From the human T2T-CHM13v2.0 reference genome, Homo sapiens, in assembly GCF_009914755.1 (NCBI RefSeq), contig NC_060928.1: a stretch of DNA of 64,000 bases. The stretch is one strand, 5' to 3'. Below, in pieces: positions 31,001 through 44,983 of the stretch. How positions within the stretch are numbered: position 1 is the stretch's first letter; each line of letters begins with the position of its first letter. The notes beneath the pieces are model-generated. The model was not told the DNA's origin and searched no databases. It worked only from the letters and a program-made list of their open reading frames with translations. Made by a program: the position numbers and the translations under genes.

Positions 31001-32377
31001 ACATGCCAGGAAGGGAGTAATAGGCACTCCCTGAGCTTTCTTACTTGGCTTGCACAGTGATAATCCCAGGCCAGTGATCTTTCTGGTCTTGTGTTTCTCC
31101 TGTGGAAGATGAAGGACAATATGGAAAGAGGATGAGAAACCTCTATGACCCAAAATCGAGGGTGAGCACTCCCCATGATTTCCCTGGCTTGCTCCAGTGA
31201 TAAAAAGCAGTTTCTCTTTTAATCATCAGTATCTGTTGTTTAAATATATACTTGAAAGAAATGTAAGATACTGCTTGTATTGTTTTGTTCACTACATCCT
31301 GTATCTAACTTATTGTGACCCATGTAAAATGACATGTCAGGCAATCGATTCAAAAAGGCAGAAATTCCAAATAAACACACTACAACATTCTCCTATTAAC
31401 ACATCTCAACTCCAAATGCAGAGCCACTATTAAAGTCAAGGGCACTTTGCATTTAGATAAACCAGCTAAAGGACCAGATTTTGTTCTCCTCTATTGCTTG
31501 TTCTCACTGTTTCTCTCTCTCTCCCTTCTGTCCATTTCTACTACTTGACTTGAAAAAATAACTTTTATTTCTCATATTTGACTTTAAAATGTATCTGTGT
31601 AACCAAAGCAAACCCTAGTTATAAATTCTAAAATTTTGATCTTAACTTCTAAGAACTACCTGTGCCACTCCAGTTGCTCATTCAGGATTTACTTCAAAAG
31701 TACTTTAGAATTAACTATATAATCTTAAAGTTATTTAGGTGTTGAAAATAATCTTGACATGTTTAGTGTGTAGTAATATGAAAATTCCACACACAAAGAA
31801 AGATAGATATCATGTTGAGTTTAAAAAAAAGCACAACATGTACAGATGAGAAAAGCAAGATCATTAATATGCCCTAAAGTGATATCACTGTTATTTTAAT
31901 ATGAGTTTTAACTTATTTATGTGAGTTTTTACTTTAAATGATAAGCTAAATGAGCTCTGAATGGTTCTTTACAGGTATAAGATTGTATTATTCTGAGAAC
32001 ATATCAGTACAATATAAAAAGTATATTAACAGGAAGCAAAGGAATTATGAAATCTATGTGAGATCTGTAAGATAATTTGAAGTCCAGTAGGGTGAAGTTT
32101 TAGCTCCTCTGTAACTTTCTATCAACAGACTAGAATATAAACCCTGTCTTAATTTATATTTTAATAATTATTATTACATATATCTCCTTATGTTCTTTTT
32201 AAAATGGTAAATACAATGCCATACATCATTCTCCTATTTGATATCTCAAACTGTGTTTTTCATAGCCAACAAATGCTCTGAAATTTTTCTTTTGACTTAT
32301 TGCTAATAATTCAGAAATCAATTTAATTTTAAATAAATTCTAATTTAATAATGTAAGAATCTCAGAACCTACTTTCA

Positions 32378-32494
32378 TCAAGCCACTTCCTCAGTCTGAA
32401 CCTCCTTTTTTCATCATTGAAATGAGAGAATGAGGACTTTGGATAAGATCGCTTTTAGAGTCTCTGTCAACACGGACATTTGATAGTTCCATGA
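32378..32494 (+). mobile_element. MIR/MIR3 fragment
   Basis: Core-like AAGCCACTTCCTCAGTCTGAACCTCCTTTTTTCATCATTGAAATGAG and a MIR3-like tail. Confidence 0.6.
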
Positions 32495-33689
32495 ACCAGT
32501 TAAAATATACTTGATAAAATCTTATGTTCCCTGGTGGCGAGTGGAACAAGAAGCAAATAATAGAAAAACTCCCCCAAAATTACTACATCCAGCTATCAGA
32601 GAAAACCTCATAAATGAATTTCTTAATATGTAAACATTTTAAAATTTAAAGAATATAGCTATTGAATAATTTTAATTATGTAACCTACTGAAATAATTAT
32701 TTTGAGGGCATTGCCATTCATCTGAAATACAATTCCCTAAAATTACTAAGTAAAACTTATATTCCCCAAATGTTCAGGATCTTTGAAATATGCCCCTTCT
32801 TGGGAATCCATATTTTAGTAAACACTAGTCATGAACTACTGTTCATGATAAACATCATTATTTGCCACATAACAATATAAAGCTGCAAGATTTACATATG
32901 ACAGATATGCTTCATACAGGTGCTTGATATATGGATATATGTTCTTTTACTGAAACACTGTAGAAAAGCAGAGAGATTCACAAAGAATGTTACAATGTTT
33001 CAAATTTTTTAAAGCTCTATAATTATCCCATTTTGGAAGGTAGTGAAAGGACAACATAAGCAGATAGCAAACAGAGACTGTCTTTAGGAATATGATTTAT
33101 GATGTCCTTACTTTGAAAAATAAGTGAAGGTCATACGTTGTATATTGTTAGCTGTTGAATGTGGTGTTTTAAAGTAAATAAATCAGAGACAATTTGCATT
33201 GATAAATGATTCTTGGCCACAAAATATTTTAATCCCTTTTCATTGCTAAGCTTCTTGCCCAAAAATAAGATAAAATGGTAATTTAACTCATACTTTCTTG
33301 AAAGGATCTTATGAAAAACTGAGGATCTTAGAGCCAAAAGACCAATAATAGTCAAGCACCCATTGCATCAACCTTAGGAGAAAGGGACCTGTCAGCAACA
33401 GGTCTTGTTCTAATGGCTTTGGTGAGACTGCTGTGACGAACACCCACTTTTGTAGATGATAGCTTCAGAACCAGTGCAGTGGCTATGACTGCCCTATAAA
33501 ATAAGCAAAAAACTTTGCACGTCATGTTTTGAGAAGAGTTACTAGCATCATATCCTCTCAGAAAAATTTTGTAACTAGGAAAACAGAAAGATTTTACCCT
33601 ATTTTGATGGAAGGATTTTACCCTTTTTTGAGAAAAGTAATGGGAGAACAGGAAAACTGGATTTTCGTATAATAACCGTTGTTTTTTAT

Positions 33690-34055
33690 GTTTCTTATTT
33701 GGTGATTTCTGAGCTTCTCAGGCCTGTGGTTTGGTGGTTTTCATTAATTTGGGAGTATTCTTGACCATTATTATTTCAAATATTTCTTCTCCCTGTTCTC
33801 TTTTTTTTTCTTCTGTCATTCTAACTTTGTGTATGTTTTACCTTCTGATATTGTCTCACAGTTTTTGGATGTTCGGTTTTATTATTATTATTCATTCTTT
33901 TTGTGTTTCAGTGTGGGAAGTTTCTACTGTGATCTCAGCTCTCTGGTGGGTCTAAGAAATGTGTTGATTTTCAGTTTGTCCCGCTTTTTCTTGTTGGAAG
34001 GATAAGAGTGATAACTTCCAAACTCTTCACATGTCAGAGATGAAACACGAAGTTT
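33690..34055 (-). mobile_element. Old L1M (L1MC/MD-like) 5' end and ORF1 fragment
   Basis: Antisense ORF1 ..TTCTTGACCATTATTATTTCAAATATTTCTTCT.. joined to the 5'-end motif GGGTCTAAGAAATGTGTTGATTTTCAGTTTGT...ACTTCCAAACTCTTCACATGTCAGAG. Confidence 0.7.
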
Positions 34056-34309
34056 CAAATCCTTCATTTTTGTTAGTGTTCCTATATCTGTCTTCTGCTT
34101 TAAGAACCCTTTTTAAGTGTTCGACTTGATCAAACTATGGATTTGAATTAGTAACTATTTTGAAAATTTTGTCTTTAATTACCCTAGTTAGTTCAGTGAG
34201 GCATTGTAGAGAGATGGCTAAGTACAGAGTGCATTTTCACAAAGTCCTAGCATTCTGCAAAAAAACACATAGAAATTAAGTGCAATTATCCTAAACTGGA
34301 GGCAATGCT

Positions 34310-36500
34310 GGTCACTATGTAACGATAAGGGGTGAGTTTATCAAAATGATAAATTTTGTAAATGCACAGGCACCCAGCATTACAGTACCTAAATATATAA
34401 AGCAAATACTAATAAAACTAAAGAGATAAATAGCACTACAATAATAGTATGAGACTTAACTCATCTACTTTTAAAAATGTACAAATCCTCCAGACAGAAA
34501 ACTAATATGAAGAGTGGCCTTGAACTGCACTATAGGCAAATGGATCCAACGGACATATTCAGAACATTTCTCCTTTTAGCAGCACACATTCTTTTCAAGC
34601 ACACACAGAACGCTGTTCACTTAGATGATATGTAAGGCCATAAAACAAGTCTTAAGAAATTCAAAAAGATTGAAATAATATCAACTATCTTTTCTGACCA
34701 CAGTGGTATGAAACTAGAAATAAATAACAGGAGGAAAAATAGAAAACTCACAAATACATGGAAATTAAAAATGTGCTCCTGGACAAATAATACATTAAAG
34801 AAAAAACAACAACAGAAATTTAAACATATCTTGAGATAAATGAAATGGAAATACAACATACCAAAACTTATTGGAAGCGGCAAAATTACATCCAACATAT
34901 CAATATTGGAAGAACTAATAATATCCATACTACCAAAAATGATTTACAGATTCACTGCAATCTCTATCAATATTCCAATATCTTTTTTCACAGATATAGA
35001 AAAAATTCTAGAATTTATACAGAACCACAAAAGACCCCAAATAGCTATAGTAATCTTGAGCAAGAAGAATAAAGATGGAGACATCACATGAACCAATTTC
35101 AAAATATACAACAAAGCTATAGTAATCAAAGCAGTATGATATTGATATAAAACAGACATATAGACCAATGGAATAGAATAGAAAGCCAAGAAACAAGCTT
35201 ATGTGTTTATGGTCAACTAATCTTCAACAAAGTTGCCAAAAACTTACAGTGAGGAACGAGTAGTCTGTTTAATAAATTGTACTGAATAAATTGAATATCC
35301 ACACTCATATAAATAAATTTGGATCCTTACTTTACACTCTATACAAAAATCAACTCGAAATGCATTAAGGACTTAAATGTCAGACTTGAAACTTTAAAAC
35401 TACTAGAAGAAAACAGAAAAAGAACTTCTTGGCATTCATGTAGTCAGGAATATTTTTGGATATGATCTCAAAACCACAGGTAGCAAAACCAAATATAGAC
35501 AAGTGGGACTAAATAAAACTAATAGTCTTCTTTACAGTAAGAAACAATCAATGAAGTGAATACACAACCTGTAACATGGGAGAACACATCTGCAAATCAT
35601 CCATCTATTACATTCTTTAAAAGATATAAATAACTCAAGTAACTGTGTAACAGGAAAATAAGTACCCAATTTAAAAATGGGCTAAGGATCTGAGTAGAGA
35701 GTTCTCAAAAGAAGACATACAAATGATCAACAGGTATATAGAAAATGCTCAACATCAATAATCATCAGAGAAATGCAAATCAAAACCACAGTGAGATATC
35801 ATCTCACACCCCTGTTGGAATGGCTGTAGTCAAAAAGAGAAAAGATAGGTTTTGGCAAAGATGTGGAGAAAAGGGAATCTTTTACACTGTTGGTAGGAAT
35901 GGAAGCAGGTACAGCCATCTATAGTACGGAGAGTCCTCAAAAAAAAAATAGTACTACCATTTGCTTCAGCAATCCCACTATTGGGTACTTATCCAAAGTA
36001 TGTAAAACCAATATGTCAATGAGGTATCTGCATTCACATGATTATGCAGAATTATGCACAAAAGCTAAGATATGGAATCAATCTAAGTATCTATGGATGG
36101 ATTAATTTATAAAGAAAATATGATATTATACACAATGGAATACTATTCAGCCTTAATAAAGAAGAAAATCTTGTCATTTGTGACAAAATGGATGAACCTA
36201 AGAGACATTATGCTAAGTGAAATAAGATGGGTACAAAAATGGGTACAGCACGATTTCACTCTTATGTGGAATTTAAAATAGTTGAAAGTTGAACTCATAG
36301 AAGCAGTTAATAATACAGTAGTGTGTACTTGAAATTTGCTAATAGTCTTAAATGTCTCACAATGAAAAACATAAAATAGCTCAATATATTATTAGGTTGA
36401 TGGTGGTAATCATTTCACAATGTATATGTATGTTAAAATATCACATTGTACACAATATGTATAATTTTTATATCACTTATACCTCAATAAAGCTGAAACA
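34310..36500 (+). mobile_element. L1MA9/MA10/MB1-like element with a large internal deletion
   Basis: EN-domain sequence to ~34885 joins directly to ILPKMIYRF..., followed by the ORF2 C-terminus and a 3'UTR ending TATACCTCAATAAAGCTG. Confidence 0.88.
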
Positions 36501-36916
36501 ATAGGCATTGAGGGAATTATAGCTTCCAGCATTAACAAAAATCATGTTCCTAATAACCACGTGGGTGTTAGAGAAAAATAAAATTTATTATGACCTTACC
36601 ATATGAGAAAGTGAGCACCACTTTCTCCCACATTTAATCAGACTTTATTTTTTTTTTATTCAGCCCAGTAAAGTTCTTTCAGATTTATGTGTCAAAAAAA
36701 GTATTTTATTTTGCTTTCACTGCTGAAGTACAAATTTGATTTCAGATTCTCAGGCTTTTGAATCAGCAAACATAAAATTACTCTGACACAATAAAACAGT
36801 TGCAACTTTTTCAGTGTTTTAGAAAATTAACAGTTTTTGTCTTCAGTTCAAAAAAAATCAACAGATTTTAGATGCATTGAAACAATACCAAAATCTATAA
36901 GATCTTAGACTATTCT

Positions 36917-37216
36917 CTTTTTTTTGAAGTTTTTTTTATTATTATACTTTAAATTCTACAGTATCTGTGCACAATGTGCAGGTTTGTTACATAGGTATAC
37001 ATGTGCCATGTTGGTTTGCTGCATCCATCAACTCATCATTAAATTAGGTATTTCTCCTAATGTTATCCCTCCCCTAGCCCCCCAGTTCCTGACAGGACCC
37101 GGTGTGTGATGTTCCCCACCCTGTGTCCATGTGTTCTCATTGTTCAACTCCCACCTATGAGTGAGGACATGCGGTGTTTGGTTTTCTGTCCTTGTGATAG
37201 TTTGCTTAGAATGATT
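36917..37216 (-). mobile_element. 5'-truncated L1PA5/6-like 3' end (~300 bp)
   Basis: Poly-T and 3'UTR; TSD TTAGACTATTCT at 36905-36916 and 37217-37228. Confidence 0.93.
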
Positions 37217-38467
37217 TTAGACTATTCTTAGAGCAATACAAATGTCCCTATTGCCCAAAGCTGAGGTCAAAACACGCTTTCTAACAGTTGTGAGATATTG
37301 TACTATAAATGTTTATGGATATTTTAAGAAGATTCATATTGTAGTAGTAGTAGATTTTAAACCAGTCTGCAAATGTGTTTTTACTTGAACTCTGCTGAGA
37401 GTTCCAAGGGATATAATCAATAGAACTATACATAATTGAATTGCAAAGGATAAAAGAAAAGGCTGAATAACAAAATTTGATCAAAAAGAACTCTTCTTAA
37501 GGGGAAAACTTTTTAGAGTATGCTGGAAAATAAAGCTTCTGAAAAGACCTTGATTACTCTTTAATCACATTAGCAATTTGGAAGCCCTATGTCTAAATGC
37601 AGGGAATGCCTTGGGCTTCCCCAGGAAAAGATTATATTGATTACTGCATCAGTCCCTGAACAGATGGATGAGGGTCACAGTACATCATGCCAGAAATCAA
37701 TGCCATTTGACTCCATCATTTTCCAGACAATAAATATGTGGTTGTAACTGATGCTGTTGTTTTATTCTTTTATTTTTATATTCTAAACACAGTGCCAATT
37801 TACTAAATACACTATAATCTACTCCCAAAATACATTCATTAAAAGGAACTAATTTTTTAAAAGGCGGAGCTGCCAGTGTCAATATAGAAATTATAAAAAC
37901 CCTTTTTTATTTCCATTGGAAATTCCATCTCTAGATTGCTGTAGTAAAAACCTCATAAGCAAATGAGTTGTCTCATTGTCTCTGGATAATGACATCAGGA
38001 AATGTTCCAGACAAATCTTTTCTAAAATACAATCCATCTGGTACTTGCCTAAAAGCAAACTTCAGAGAGAACCAGAATGCAGTCCAACTGCTTTCTCAAG
38101 TAGCACCCAATGGATCTCTTACATGCTCAACTGTCATGTCTGTGCTTCACTCAAGTGTGCTTTCCTATTAACAGAAATGAGAGATGTTTTATTTATGATA
38201 TTTTAGCCTGTGACCTCATATGAGGCTGGAAGATTTTAGCCCCTATTCTTGTATGACTTATAAATATCTTCCTTGTAAATAATCAAGGTTAGGATAAAAG
38301 TGTTCTCCTAGAAAAGAGAGTTCCTGCAGGAATTTTCATTTTGCTTTTTGAAAACGTCAATTTTCAAGTTTTAAAGACAATCAAATTAATGACTGAGAGA
38401 CAGTTTTGACTTTCAATTTCTATTATCTTGTCCTTCATCTTTGAAATAATTGAAAATGAGATGCCTA

Positions 38468-38827
<360 letters not shown>

Positions 38828-39822
38828 TCATGCTGAAAACCAAACTAGGACATAAAATATTTTAAAGGACGTATAGAGGCTGGAGAAACTATCGCTAGCC
38901 CACATTTTATATATTTTACTTCATATGACTATGAATCTCTAACATCTATTTATTTAGGAAACTTAGGTCAAAAATCTATTCAAATAATCATTACATTTGA
39001 AATCAAAACAAATAAACACACTGAGTTTCTGCCAATCACCAATTTGCAAATATAAAATATGTAATAATTATTTAGATCATGCCTACTATGTAAAATATGT
39101 TTTGGGTTATAATAAAACTAGTAGTTATGTGTATAGGACACTTAATGCAGCAGGCACTTTCTAAGCCTTGGATGTAAATAATGCCATTTATTCTGTGAAA
39201 GTAATTTGAGACTAGTACCATAATTAACATTGTGTTGGACTAAATCTTACCCCAAAATTCATATATTGAATTTCTAACCCCTAATGTGACGGTATTAGGA
39301 GGCAAAGCCTTTGGGGCATAATTAGATCATGAAGACGGAGGCTTTGTGAATGGGATTAGTGCCTTTATATAAGAGACCCCAGAGAGCTGTATTGCCCACT
39401 TTCCACCATGTGAGGGTATAGTAAAAAGTTAGCAGTTTGCATCCTGATAGAGGGCCCTCGCCAGCACTTGACTGTGCTGACTGGCACCCTGATCTCAGAC
39501 ATCCAGCCTCCAGAACACTAAGAAATACATTCTCATTTGCTATCTATAAGCCACCCAGCTACACTGCTTTGTTATAGCAGCCTTATATGACACACACTGA
39601 AATTGGTACTGAGAAGTGGAGGTGCTGCTGTTGCAAATACATAAAAATGTAGAAGCAATATTGGAAATAGGTAGTGGGTAGAGGCTAGAAAAGTTTTGAG
39701 AAGCATGCTAGAAAAAGTCTAGACTACCCTGAATAAACTTTTCAAGGTGATTTGCTAGAGCTCGGAGAGAAAAAAGAAGAGCTATCACAAGAACTTCTGT
39801 CTTCCTAAAGAATACCTAAGTA

Positions 39823-40111
39823 GGCTGGAAGCAGTGGCTCATACCTGTCATTCCAGCACTTCGGGAAGCTGAAGCTTGAGGATCACTTGAGCCCAGGAGC
39901 TTGAGACCATCTTAGGTAACATAGGGAGACCTCATCTCTACAAAAAAAGATTTTTAAAAAATATTAGGTGTGGTAGTGCTTGTAGTCACAACTACTTGTG
40001 CGGCTGAGGCAGGGGGATCTCTTCAGGAGGCTGAAGCTGAAGTAAGACATCGCACCATTGTACTCTAGCCTGGGTGACAAAGTAAGATCCTATCAAAAGA
40101 AAAAAAAAAAA
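39823..40111 (+). mobile_element. AluJ inserted in the MLT1A internal region
   Basis: GAGGATCACTTGAGCCCAGGAG J-type diagnostics; TSD core CCTAAGTA on both sides. Confidence 0.92.
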
Positions 40112-40442
40112 CCCCTAAGTAATCATGAACAGACTATTGCAATCTATTGGCAGAAATTTGGGCAATAATACTATTCTGATGAGGTCTCAGATGGAAATGA
40201 GGAACATGTTATTGGAATCTAGAAGACAGGTGATCCTTCTTGTAAATTGGCAAAGAACTTGGTAAATTGCGTTTGTGTTATCATGTTATGTGGGAGCTAG
40301 AATTTGCAAGTGATGAAACAATACATAGTTGAGGAGATTTTAAAGCAAAGTTTTGAAGTATTGGCTTAGTTCCTCTTGAGTTCTTATAGTAAAATGCAAG
40401 AAAAGTAAAATGATTTGAAGTGGGAATTATTTAGCTAAACAT

Positions 40443-40470
40443 ACACACACAGACACACACACACACACAC
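40443..40470 (+). repeat. Interrupted (CA)n microsatellite
   Basis: acacacacagacacacacacacacacac. Confidence 0.9.
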
Positions 40471-43400
40471 TAAACGAAAACAAAATTTAAATATTTGGAA
40501 AATTCTTAGTCTATTCATATTGGAAAAAAATAAGAAAGTATGCTCACACTAAGAGTGTGGCCTAGTGACTATTTGATAAGGAAATTAGTATGACCTAATC
40601 AGTCATCACAGTGAAAGCCACTCTCTATTCTTCAGAAAAGGAAGAGGAAGAATGACTCTTTGACCAAGATGATTCAGAGATCATCAAAGCTGCTGTTCAC
40701 ACCACTGGCCCAGAGTGTAAAGGCTAGGGTCAGGGGAGGGGTGCCAAGCTAGTTCCTCTCTGGTTCAGGTGAGCTGGGATGCCTCCAGCCCATGCATCAT
40801 GGGTGGGTCCCTACAGAGAGCTACAACATGGTCTAAGCTCATGTGGGAGCGAGGCTGCCCAGACACAGGGCCACAACCCAAGTCAAGGAAAGCTTCAGAG
40901 AAGGAACCACTGCCCACTGGGTCCAAAGGATGGAGCCAAAGGGTATTATTCTCAAGCCTTAAAGTTTAATGAAGTTTTCCCTGTGAAGTTTTAGACTTAC
41001 TTGGGACTGATTTCCCCCTTGCTTATTTTCCTGTTTTTCCCTTTGGAATGGGAATATCTATTTTATACATGCCCCACCATTGTATTATGAAAGCACATAA
41101 CTGTTTGGTTACACGGGTTCACAGCTATAGAGAAAGTTTGCCTCAAAATAAATTATACCCTGAATCTCACGTATATCTGTTTACAATGATATTTAGATGA
41201 GACTTTCGAATTTAGACTCTAGAGTTGATGCTGGGAAAGTTAAGACTACTGAGTTTGGTGAGATAAAATAAACATGTATTGCCTGCAAGATAAACAACCT
41301 TTGGGGAATCAGGAGTGGGATGTTATGGGCTGAATAACAAATGTTTTTGTCTCCTGCAAATTCATATTTTAAAATTCTAGCTCCCAGTGTGATGGTATTA
41401 GGAGGTGGAGCTTTTGGGAGATAATAAGGTCTTGAGGGCAGAGCCCTCATGAATGGGATTAGCACTCTCATTAAAGAGACTCCAGAGAACTCTTTCATCT
41501 TCTTTTCACTTTGTGAGATTCAATGAGAAATCAGTAGTCTGAGACCTAAAAGAGGGCTCTCACTAGAACTGAACCACACTGGCACTCTGATCTCAGAATC
41601 CTAGCCTCCAGGACTGTGAGAAATAAACTGTTGTTTGTAGGCCACTCAGTCCACAGCACTTTGCTATAGTAGCCCAAACTGACTAAGAAAACCCCTAATC
41701 TATATATATTAAAATTAGGATCCAAAAGGCTAAAAATATCTGTCCAATTCACCATAACCAGTATGTTATGAAAATAGGGTCCTTTTGGACACAGGTGCTT
41801 TGAAGAGTAAATAAATAAGCTTAAATTCCACCCTTTGGTTTAAAATTTCATTCCCAAGTTATGTGAATTTATTCACTAAATTACAGATAATGTTTAATAA
41901 TTCCCATCAGATGCTGAAATCTCTTGAGTAATTTATTTGAGTCCTTTGAACTGTTATAAATTTCCATGTTATTTCTACAAAGTTCATCTTCATACACTCC
42001 TATTCAACCTATCTTTGCTTATTTTTCTAAACTTTTACAAGAGAATCCCATTTCTGTTTGACTCACTTGATTTTAGTTTCTTTACCTGAGATCTGTTTCC
42101 CAGGCAGAGCACTACAGCCTCTACTTTCCAGCTCTAGAAATCACTAGATAACTGGGATGATAGATGCCTCTTAAGTACCCACAAACAAAATGTCAAGCTA
42201 TTCCTTCATTGTTGAAGCTGTTGAAAATTGTTGAAGTTGAAACTAGGAGCTTGGTTTATAGCAAATGCACTTGTTAAAATGTCCCTTTTACATTCCTGCT
42301 CTCAAGCACACACTCTGAGTTTGCTGCTTGACAGTCTTCCTTTGAGTGTCCTCAGCAAAACTAGGAAACTCATTGCAGAACAGTGGCTGACCATGGGGTG
42401 TAAGAGAAAGTGCAACAAGGATGGGGAGAGAGTTACACCGTGTCTCTACAGAGGGAGGAGAGAAAATAAAATAGCAATAACTAATCCTATATGGAAGGAA
42501 GATCTTGTTTAAGGACTTCATTTGATTTGCAGTATAGAAAAAAGAGTAAAAAAATAGTACTTGCATTAATAGATCTCCTTCATAAGCATGGTGCCATTGT
42601 GTATTAAAGAATTACATTTTCTATGCCAGCTTTTGTATTATTGGGAATATAAAGTTTGTATTATTATTTGTTATTATACAGAAATAAAATAGACCTTCCT
42701 TACAAACGTACAGTGACAATGGCATATCTGATAGAAATACAGTGACTTATGAACTCTGAGGCCTCTAATATGCTGTCCAATAGAGACAAATTATTTATCA
42801 GGTAGCAATAGTAACAGTAGTCTTAGCAGGGGTAGATGTTGTCATTTCAAGGTTTGGTCTATGAACCCACATTCACATTCCCTGAAAATGATTTTCATTT
42901 AGATTTGCCAGCTTTGGAGTTGTTTTTTTCTTTAATGTACAAAAATGTGTAACATAAGTCAGAGAAGGGTTTTATGTCCTGTCCTGATAGAGATGCTGGT
43001 GTGTACTAAAATGAGTTATTATAGCATTACTAAATGAAATGAATAGAACTCTTGACATCAAATCTGTCCAAGTAGTTAAACAATAGTTAAACAGTGATAT
43101 TGCAATTAATTTATGATAGAACGTTGTAAAATATATTTCTCCAGAATTTCCTCAGAACATTCTTTGGTTGAATTTTTTCTAATTTGTTTATTATTTCCTA
43201 GTATAGTTTCCATTGAGCATTTCTTCTTCAAAGTCCAAATATTTAAAAAATTATGTATTTATAAACAATGTTTAAAATGTTCCTCGTTAGTCATGAAATT
43301 AATTTTCTAGTATATAGTTATTAACCAGCATTTACACTCTTTCCATAAACTCCCTGGATGATTAAAAGAAAATGATGGATTATAAATTGGTTTTTAGTGC

Positions 43401-44901
43401 TTATAAATTTCATAAGATATAAGAGGTTATATAGCTGGTCTTTGTTTAGTATCCACTTTTATAATATCATTTTAATATTTAATGAAGAACTAATGCTTAT
43501 GAAAATATTATTGTATCATTTATATTTTGATGTTATGGTCAGCTCCAACACTACTCACCTTTCGTCACCCTCAAATGCTTCCTTCAGAACCTAGCATTAT
43601 ATTCAACTTCTGGATCCTAAAGTACTCATCACCTAATATACATACCATAGTTTTACTCTCAGATTTTCACTTTATAATAAATTGTGCAAATTCTAGATTT
43701 GTTGCTTTATGACTTTTTGTGCATTATTTCAAGGATGGATGTTAATATGGCCATAAAAAAACAAAGAACATATTTTAAAATTATGTTGTATCTGTCCCAC
43801 AATACCATACTGTGCCTCAGGAGGTGAGAGCTCAATGAATGTTTTTTTAAATAGCCAAAATATATTTTTAGCCAGCAACATGCTGGCTAGCGTTTTTCTA
43901 AATCAATTCTCTTCCCCCGAAAAAACAGAGACTCATTGATGTAAAAGGCTTATCCAAATGATAAATATGACAGTTCTACAGAGAAAAACAACACAATGAT
44001 TAACAATTTAAAAATCAATCATGAAGCCAAATACTCCCTTCTTGGTATTAAAGAGATCTATGTGATCACAGCAACAACAACAACAAAAAAATCGGTTTGG
44101 TCCTAAAGATTTTGAAATCCCTGCAGCCCAGAAGTTCATTTAGCAGTGCATGTATGTGTCTCATGGGTGCCTTTGTACAACAAAAACACTGAATCAATTA
44201 TTTCAGTTCTGTATGATTCAGCCTCACTCATGAAGCTGTGGCCTAAGTTTCCTTCTGCTTTCCTCCTGAACAAAAGTAATTCCTTCAATAGAAAAGAATC
44301 ATATTTTCCATTTATTTTTTTCTAAGTATTAAAAAAAAAGTATTGATGCAGCCAAATTGCTACCTAGAACTTTTTTAAATTATAAAAAATATTTTATCTT
44401 CAAGTTTAAAATACATCTTACAATTGGTCACTCATGTAATTCTTTTTCTTTTTGTCTTTCTATTTTAAGAACTGAATGTATAGTACTCATTAAAATTCCT
44501 CATTTGTCAACCCTAGGAAAGAAGTTAATTAATTTTAAATCTAATTTCTGAAATGGAAGAAAGGAGTAGGGCAAAGAATAAGAAAGTAGAAGAAATAGAA
44601 GAATAAGAAAGTAATTCTTTCAATGGCTTATTTTAATAATATTTTAATATAAGTTGCTTCTGGCATAGTAAAACCCAGGGACATCAAAATCATGACAGAA
44701 AAAAAAAGTCACTAAAGAAATTGAGAATATTATCGAAAATTTTATCTGACATTTTATTGATTTGTTGTTTGTTTGTTTTGGTTTTCATTTTCAGTTTTGG
44801 AGAGTTTGGGGTTTTGTTTCATTTTTGCTGTAGGTTGTATTGAAACAGCCATAGCCACTAACGAGAGGAAAAATAATTTCTGTCTTCTGATTCAGTATTG
44901 A

Positions 44902-44983
44902 GGCAAGTGGGGGAAAAGCAAGTACCTTTTTCACTAGGTGACAGGAGAGAGGGGCAAGGGAAGGGGTAACTGCCACTTATAAC
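44902..44983 (-). mobile_element. Isolated ~80-bp internal MSTA/THE1-type LTR fragment
   Basis: Ungapped 60/71 match to 46021-46091; no LTR termini. Confidence 0.75.

Larger units (their letters stand above)
39231..41690 (+). mobile_element. Complete MLT1A-type MaLR provirus: 5' LTR ~39231-39592, internal ~39593-41320, 3' LTR 41321-41690
   Basis: Both LTRs share CAAA(A)TTCATAT..TGTGA.GGTATTAGGAGG..GAATGGGATTAG..GGCAC.CTGATCTCAGA..CC.AGCCTCCAG. Internal start AAATTGGTACTGAGAAGTGG and the MaLR-int motif GAGGTCTCAGATGGAAATGAGGAACATGTTATTGG. Confidence 0.9.
39110..41840 (-). mobile_element. MIR split by the MLT1A provirus (pieces ~39110-39230 and ~41691-41840)
   Basis: GCAGGCACTTTCTAAGCCTT...; after the LTR it continues with degenerate core and ...TGTCCAATTCACCATAACCAGT. 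Confidence 0.5.

Noticed and set aside
42060-43860. Faint L2-like patches and short ORFs (42228-42512 and others)
   Set aside because: Similarity too weak to delimit, and the ORFs have no coding features.
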